Translations under genes and position numbers: made by a program
Notes under the pieces: model-generated
Told to the model about the DNA's origin: nothing
The model's database searches: none
The model's input: the letters and a program-made list of their open reading frames with translations, nothing else
Shown here: positions 26,967 through 32,000 of the stretch, in pieces
Layout of the letters: every line of letters starts with the position of its first letter
Position numbering within the stretch: the stretch's first letter is position 1
Origin: Mycoplasmoides genitalium G37
GTDB lineage: Bacteria > Bacillota_I > Bacilli_A > Mycoplasmatales > Mycoplasmoidaceae
Direction: 5' to 3'
DNA length: 32,000 nucleotides
NCBI RefSeq assembly: GCF_000027325.1
Contig: NC_000908.2
Location: forward strand, 390,001-422,000

Positions 26967-29480
26967 CTAATGAGCTTTAGTTAATTTAGCAATTAATTGG
27001 TTGGTTTCAGTAAGTTTTTTTTGATATTCTTCCAATTTTAAAAATTCACTTTTTACCTTTTCTTTGGGTGCTTTTTCTAGAAAGCTTTTATTTTTAACAA
27101 TAGCTTGGCTACGTTTTACTTCACTTTCAAAAAAAGCTTGTTGCTTCTGTAGAGATTTAAGTCTTTGGGTTGTATCATCAACAATTTGGTATTTAAAACT
27201 AACTTTTTTATTAGTTTCAATTTTCAGTTCAATTCAACTAAAGTTAAAGTATTGTTTAACATCAACAGCATTTTTACCAGATAAGATAACAACTAGTTTT
27301 TGTTGTGAATTAAGCATGTACTGTTTTCTGTAATTGCGTAAGTCATTAATAGCAGCTAAAACAAGATCAAAAAGTTTGGGAATTTTAATTTTAGTTGCAA
27401 GAGGTCATGTTGCTTGCATAACACTTTTATTGTTAAATTGCTGATAAATACGCTCAGATAAAAAAGGAACAGTGATACTAAGCAAAATAGCAATATTAGA
27501 TAAAACTGATTTAGCAGTATAAAAAAGCTGTGGTTTTAGTTGATTTGGTTCTTTTTTAATTGCTTCAATGAAAGTATTGCAAAAATCATCCCAAACAAAT
27601 TTAACAAGAATTTGGTTTGCTAATGCTAACTGGAATTTATCTAGTAGCTTAGTTATTTTTTGAATTACTTTATCTAATTTAGCTAAGATTCAAGTTTCAC
27701 TTAATGAAAGTTTGTCCAAGTCATAACTAATTTCTTGATCATTTTCTAGTTGGATAACAAACTTAGTAACATTCCACAATTTATTTAAAAAATTTCATGC
27801 ACTTTTTATTTTTTGTTCGCTGAAAATTAGATCATCTCCTGGAGTGTGATTTGAACACAAAAATAAGCGCACTGCATCCGCTCCATAATTTCTAATAAGA
27901 TCAACAGGATCAATGCCATTATTCAGTGATTTTGACATCTTACGATTTTGTTCATCGCGTACTAAACCGTGGATTAAAACAGTTTTAAATGGCAGTTTTT
28001 TAGTTTCAAAAAAGGAGTTAAATAACATTCTTAAAACTCAGAAAAATAGAATATCATAACCTGTAACTAAAAGCTCAGTTTCATGAAAAGAGTCATCCTG
28101 TTCTCAATTCAAACAAATTAAAGGTCAAAGCGAAGAAGAAAATCAAGTATCAAGTACATCTTTTGATCTAGTGTAGTTTTGTAAATTTTTTGAAGGTTTT
28201 TCACCAACAACTATTTCACCTGTATTGTTTTCAAATCAAACAGGAATTTTATGACCCCAAATTAACTGTCTTGAAATACACCATGGTTTGAGTTTATTCA
28301 ACCAATTTGACACTTGCTTATTAAAGCGTTTGGGAATAAAATCAGGATATTTTTTTAAATATAAGTGATCTTTTAACTTTGGTAAATCAACAAATCACTG
28401 TTTTGAAAGCATGGGTTCTACAACAGTGCCACTGCGTTCAGAAAAACCAACATTACTAGTTAATGGTATTGATTTAACAAGTAATTTATTTTTTTCTAAT
28501 CATTTAACAATTTTATTTCTTGCTTGTAAAACACTAAGGCCTTGAAATTTACTTGCATTTTGATTGAGAATACCGTTACTGTCAATGCAGCTTAGAAAAT
28601 CAAATTTATATTTAGTGTTGATTTCATAGTCATTAAAGTCGTGTGCAGGAGTACATTTCAATATTCCTGTACCAAATTTAATGTCAACATAGCTATCTGT
28701 TACAACAGGAATTTGTTTTCCTGTTAAAGGGTTAACTACTAATTTATTTCAGAAATTAGTATAGCGCTTATCTTTTGGGTTTACCAATAGACAAACATCA
28801 GCAAAGATAGTTTCTGGTCTTGTTGTTGCAACTATTAGTTCTTGTTTACTATCATTCGCTAGTTTATAAACAACATAATGAAGATGTTGATTAACAGGTT
28901 TATTGATAACTTCAATATTTGATATAGCAGTATTCAATTTTGTATCTCAATTAACAAGCGTGTATGCTTGATAAATAAAACCGTTTTCATAAAGGTTTTT
29001 AAAACAATTGTTAACAATTTTATTAGCTTGTTCTGAAAGCGTGAATTTAGTTTCAGATCAATTTAAGCAAACTCCTAAACTCTTTAGTTGATTTTTAATT
29101 ATTTCGCTTTGATTTAATGCCCAATTCATGATCATTTCAGATTTTTTATCATCATCTGCATCAAAATATTTTTGATTTTCTTTTAATGCTATTTTTTCAT
29201 ATTTCGTTTGAGTAGCAATGCCAGCATGATCAAAGCCAGGAATTCAGTTAATACTAAATCCCTGCATCTTTTTAAAACGCATGATTTGATCAGTAATACT
29301 AACCTCAAAAGCATGACCAATATGAAGAGTACCTGTTAGATTTGGAGGGGGAAGAATTGCTGTAAAAGAATTGTTTTTATCTTTAGGTTTAAAAAAACCA
29401 GCATTATTTCAAATTTCATAAAGCCCATCACTAACTAAGTTGAAATCATAGTTTTTTTGAAAACTAAATTTATCTTTCAT
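26967..29480 (-). CDS. valS: Valyl-tRNA synthetase (837 aa)
   Basis: ATG at 29480. HIGH-type motif ([11 protein letters not shown]), the KMSKS motif in track ORF 27795-28028, and DTWFSSSLWP with both Trp encoded by TGA. I followed the frame to TAG at 26967-26969. The resulting 837 aa equals the MG_334 length I recall. It has a C-terminal coiled-coil tail. Confidence 0.93.
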
Positions 29481-30045
29481 CTTCAACGAATAATTCGAAA
29501 ATTTTTTTGTGAACTAAAGCAAGATTATGATGTGTTTTTGTACTTGCAAAAACACATTTATCAAAATTAACTTTTAAAAAATTTGCAATATTCTTAAGCG
29601 AAAAATATCTTTCACTTTGATTTAGTTTGTCAAATTTATTAGCAACAATCAAAAAGTTCAATCCTGTTTGCAAAATAATTTTAACCACTTCCTGATCTTG
29701 AACAGTAACAACTCCACTATCTACTATCAAAACAACACCAACTAGATTACTACGAAAATTTAAAAATTGGGTAAGTAAATTAGTAATAAAATCTTTCTTA
29801 TTTTTGTTTATTTTAGCAAAGCCATAACCTGGTAAATCAACAAATCTTTTGTCTTTATATTCAAAGTAATTTAGTAATTGTGTTCGACCTGGTGTTGCTG
29901 AAGTTTTAGCCAGTTTCTTTTTAAAAAAAGCATTAATCAAACTTGATTTACCAACATTACTTCTTCCCATGAAACAAATCTCTGGGATATTATCTTGAGG
30001 ACAATCTTTTAAATCACTTGCACTCTTCAAAAAATGTGCATCCAT
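29470..30045 (-). CDS. engB: Ribosome-biogenesis GTPase EngB/YsxC (191 aa)
   Basis: Intact ORF. G1 motif [18 protein letters not shown], and NKFDK. TAA at 29470-29472. The 3' end overlaps the valS start by 11 nt. Confidence 0.9.
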   Translation of the reverse strand: MDAHFLKSASDLKDCPQDNIPEICFMGRSNVGKSSLINAFFKKKLAKTSATPGRTQLLNYFEYKDKRFVDLPGYGFAKINKNKKDFITNLLTQFLNFRSNLVGVVLIVDSGVVTVQDQEVVKIILQTGLNFLIVANKFDKLNQSERYFSLKNIANFLKVNFDKCVFASTKTHHNLALVHKKIFELFVEDER

Positions 30046-30052
30046 GTGTATT

Positions 30053-30274
30053 TTATTTTTGGTTTTTAATGGAGCGCATTATCTCTTTTACCTGGGTTTC
30101 AGATAATTTTCTACCCATTTTTGCATACATTGCTTTAATTTGATTTTCAGTAATAGGTGGATTGTCACGCATCTGTTTTTTAAAGATTTTTATAGAAATA
30201 AAATAACCAAGAATCATTCCCACCAAAAGCGAAAGAGGGATACCTAAACCTAATGCAAGTGCTAGATCATTCAT
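30053..30274 (-). CDS. Small single-TM protein, UPF0154/YneF-like (73 aa)
   Basis: Intact ORF. N-terminal TM (LALALGLGIPLSLLVGMILGYFISIKIF), then the PPITENQIKAMYAKMGRKLSETQVKEIM pattern typical of the YneF family. Confidence 0.8.
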   Translation of the reverse strand: MNDLALALGLGIPLSLLVGMILGYFISIKIFKKQMRDNPPITENQIKAMYAKMGRKLSETQVKEIMRSIKNQK

Positions 30275-30332
30275 AGCTATATATTAATAATTAAACATTT
30301 TAAAAGTCTTATAAAATTAAATAATCGAATTA

Positions 30333-31358
30333 ATGGATAAACTTGTTAGTATATTAGTTCCTTGTTACAAATCAAAACCTTTTTTAAAACGTTTTTTTAA
30401 TTCACTTTTAAAGCAAGATCTTAATCAAGCTAAAATTATTTTTTTCAATGACAATGTTGCTGATGAAACCTATGAAGTTTTGCAAAAATTCAAAAAAGAA
30501 CACAATAACTTAGCAATTGAAGTCTATTGTGACAAACAGAATGAAGGTATTGGAAAAGTGCGTGATAAGCTAGTGAATCTAGTAACAACACCTTATTTTT
30601 ATTTTATCGATCCTGATGATTGTTTTAACAACAAAAATGTCATAAAAGAGATTGTTGAATCAATTAAAAAAGAAGATTTTGATCTTGGTGTATTAAAAAG
30701 TATGGTCTATTTATGCTTCTTAAAACATGATTTCATTATTAAATTTTTGCCTTTAAAAGGTATTTTTCAAGGCAGAGTAAAATTAATTAATAATAACAAT
30801 GTTAATAAATTAAATTACATCAAAAATAATGATCAATATATTTGAAATATTGTTATAAACACAGATTTTTTTAGGAAGCTAAATTTAACTTTTGAATCAA
30901 GGTTATTTGAAGATATACCAATCTGATATCCGATGTTTTTTTCATCACAAAAAATTGTTTTTATTGATGTGATAGGAACAAATTATTTTATTCGTAATGA
31001 TAGTTTATCAACTACTATTAGTGCTCCACGCTACTTAAATTTAATCCAATGTTATGAAAAGCTATATGTAAATCTCAGCCAAAATGGTTCTCTTGCAAGT
31101 TTTATTGATCCAAATCATAAGATTGAAGCTAGGTTTTGAAGAAGGCAAATGTTTGTTTGATTTGCACTTTTCAGCTTTGAATACTTTAAGAAAAATTTTT
31201 CTGAATCAAAAAAAATTCTTGAAAAACTATTTGTTTTTTTGGAAAAAAATGGAGTTTATGAACGTGTTTTTCAAACAAAAAATCAAGGTATTTACTATAT
31301 TTGGGTACAGCGACTAAAATATTTTAAACATGTTTTGGAATCTAAATCAGATAACTAA
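30333..31358 (+). CDS. Family 2 glycosyltransferase (341 aa; MG_335.2-like)
   Basis: ATG at 30333. SILVPCYKSKPFLKRFFNSLLKQ together with FIDPDD (a DxD motif) indicates a GT2 fold. TGAs at 30843, 30924, 31137 and 31158 are read as Trp and link track ORFs 30333-30845 and 30933-31139. TAA at 31356-31358. Confidence 0.85.
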
Positions 31359-31466
31359 TTAAGTTCTCTTTAAAAAATCAATGAGATTAAAGTTATTTAA
31401 AGCTTATTGTTTAATTTACTTAAATTAAGAATCTTTATCTTGTTAAATTAATACTTAACTGGTTTA

Positions 31467-32000
31467 ATGTCTGCAATTAAATTTAATCCTAGTTCATTCA
31501 GAAAAAACTTTAAATGGTTTGAAAATAACAAAAATTGGATTAATTTTGATAATGCTGCTACTTCCATTGCACTTGATGTTGTGGCTGAAGCAAGCAAAGA
31601 ATATTACCAGTATTTTTGTGTCAATCCTCATAACAAAAATCCTGAAATTAACCAAAAACTTATTGCTATTATTGAAGAAACAAGAGATTTATTAGCAAAA
31701 TTTTTCAATGCTAAAAAAAATGAAATAATTTTTACAAGTTCTGCAACTGAATCGCTTAACTTATTCGCCTTTGGATTAAGCTCTTTAGTAAAAAGTAATG
31801 ATGAAATCATTCTCAAAGAAGATGAACATGCTGCTAATGTTTTTCCCTGAGTAAATCTAGCAAAAGAAAATAAAGCCAAACTAAAAATAATTAAAAAAAC
31901 ACCAAATAAATCTTGAACTGATGCTTTTTTAAAAGCTTGTACACCATCAACAAAACTATTAGTTATAACTGCAACATCTAATCTTTTTGGAAATAGTATT
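31467..32000 (+). CDS. Cysteine desulfurase-like class V aminotransferase (NifS/Csd family), N-terminal 178 codons; continues past the right edge
   Basis: ATG at 31467. INFDNAATS and FTSSATESLN are typical of class V PLP enzymes. TGAs at 31848-31850 and 31911-31913 are read as Trp. Confidence 0.85.

Noticed and set aside
400-27025. Homopolymeric A8/T8 tracts (for example 400-407 in hmw1, 15369-15376 in ktrB, 20414-20421, 24494-24501, 27018-27025) as phase-variation switches.
   Set aside because: At least seven such tracts occur in housekeeping as well as surface-protein genes, which is expected in an AT-rich genome. Only the one at 12908-15 is reported, because of its dual-ATG context.
26337-29480. 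Interpreting the heavily fragmented valS, azoR, pepP, comEC-like and lipoprotein frames as pseudogenes or decayed genes.
   Set aside because: Every interruption is TGA. Read as Trp, the frames give full-length proteins with intact catalytic motifs, so this is code 4 and not gene decay.
29481-29520. Looked for a T-box leader upstream of valS and a c-di-AMP riboswitch upstream of the ktr genes.
   Set aside because: The valS start overlaps engB by 11 nt, and the ktr genes share a 35-bp spacer. Neither has room for a structured leader.
13769-31879. Other antisense or alternative-frame track ORFs: 4902-5105+, 10369-10584+, 11753-11935-, 12748-12942+, 13769-14059+, 14408-14590+, 15596-16066-, 19019-19249+, 20706-20900+, 21728-21970+, 25034-25243+, 27064-27333+, 31084-31317+, 31628-31879-.
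   Set aside because: Each is nested within a longer, family-assignable CDS on the other strand or in another frame. They have no independent motif support, and AT-rich genomes generate such ORFs readily.

Overview
This 32-kb window reads as a Mollicutes chromosome segment: AT-rich, with TGA used as Trp (genetic code 4). From gene content, gene order and protein lengths I recognise it as Mycoplasma (Mycoplasmoides) genitalium. It runs from hmw1 (MG_312, cut at the left edge) to the nifS/csd-like gene (MG_336, cut at the right edge). Locus tags and organism are from memory and need BLAST confirmation. After re-joining the standard-code ORF fragments across in-frame TGA codons I call 28 CDS, 25 of them on the minus strand. 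I also call 9 tRNAs: two tRNA-Ser on the plus strand and a 7-gene Asn-Glu-Thr-Val-Thr-Lys-Leu operon on the minus strand. RNase P RNA and tmRNA sit head-to-head. There are three clear intrinsic terminators, and in-frame tandem repeat arrays lie in the terminal-organelle genes hmw1, hmw3 and p32. I see no CRISPR array, IS/transposon, prophage, MgPa repeat or recognisable defence system, and no convincing evidence for a wholly new system. The most checkable non-obvious observations are these. (1) A motif resembling the MG_428/sigma-20 recombination-regulon promoter lies directly upstream of a minimal ComEC-like gene. (2) One near-palindromic AAATTATAATTT element supplies -10 boxes for both rnpB and ssrA. 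(3) A near-perfect 2 x 108-nt tandem duplication lies in p32. (4) Two out-of-frame ATGs flank a poly(A)8 tract at the 5' end of the 934-aa lipoprotein gene. (5) Several uncharacterised membrane proteins are interleaved with the terminal-organelle genes.
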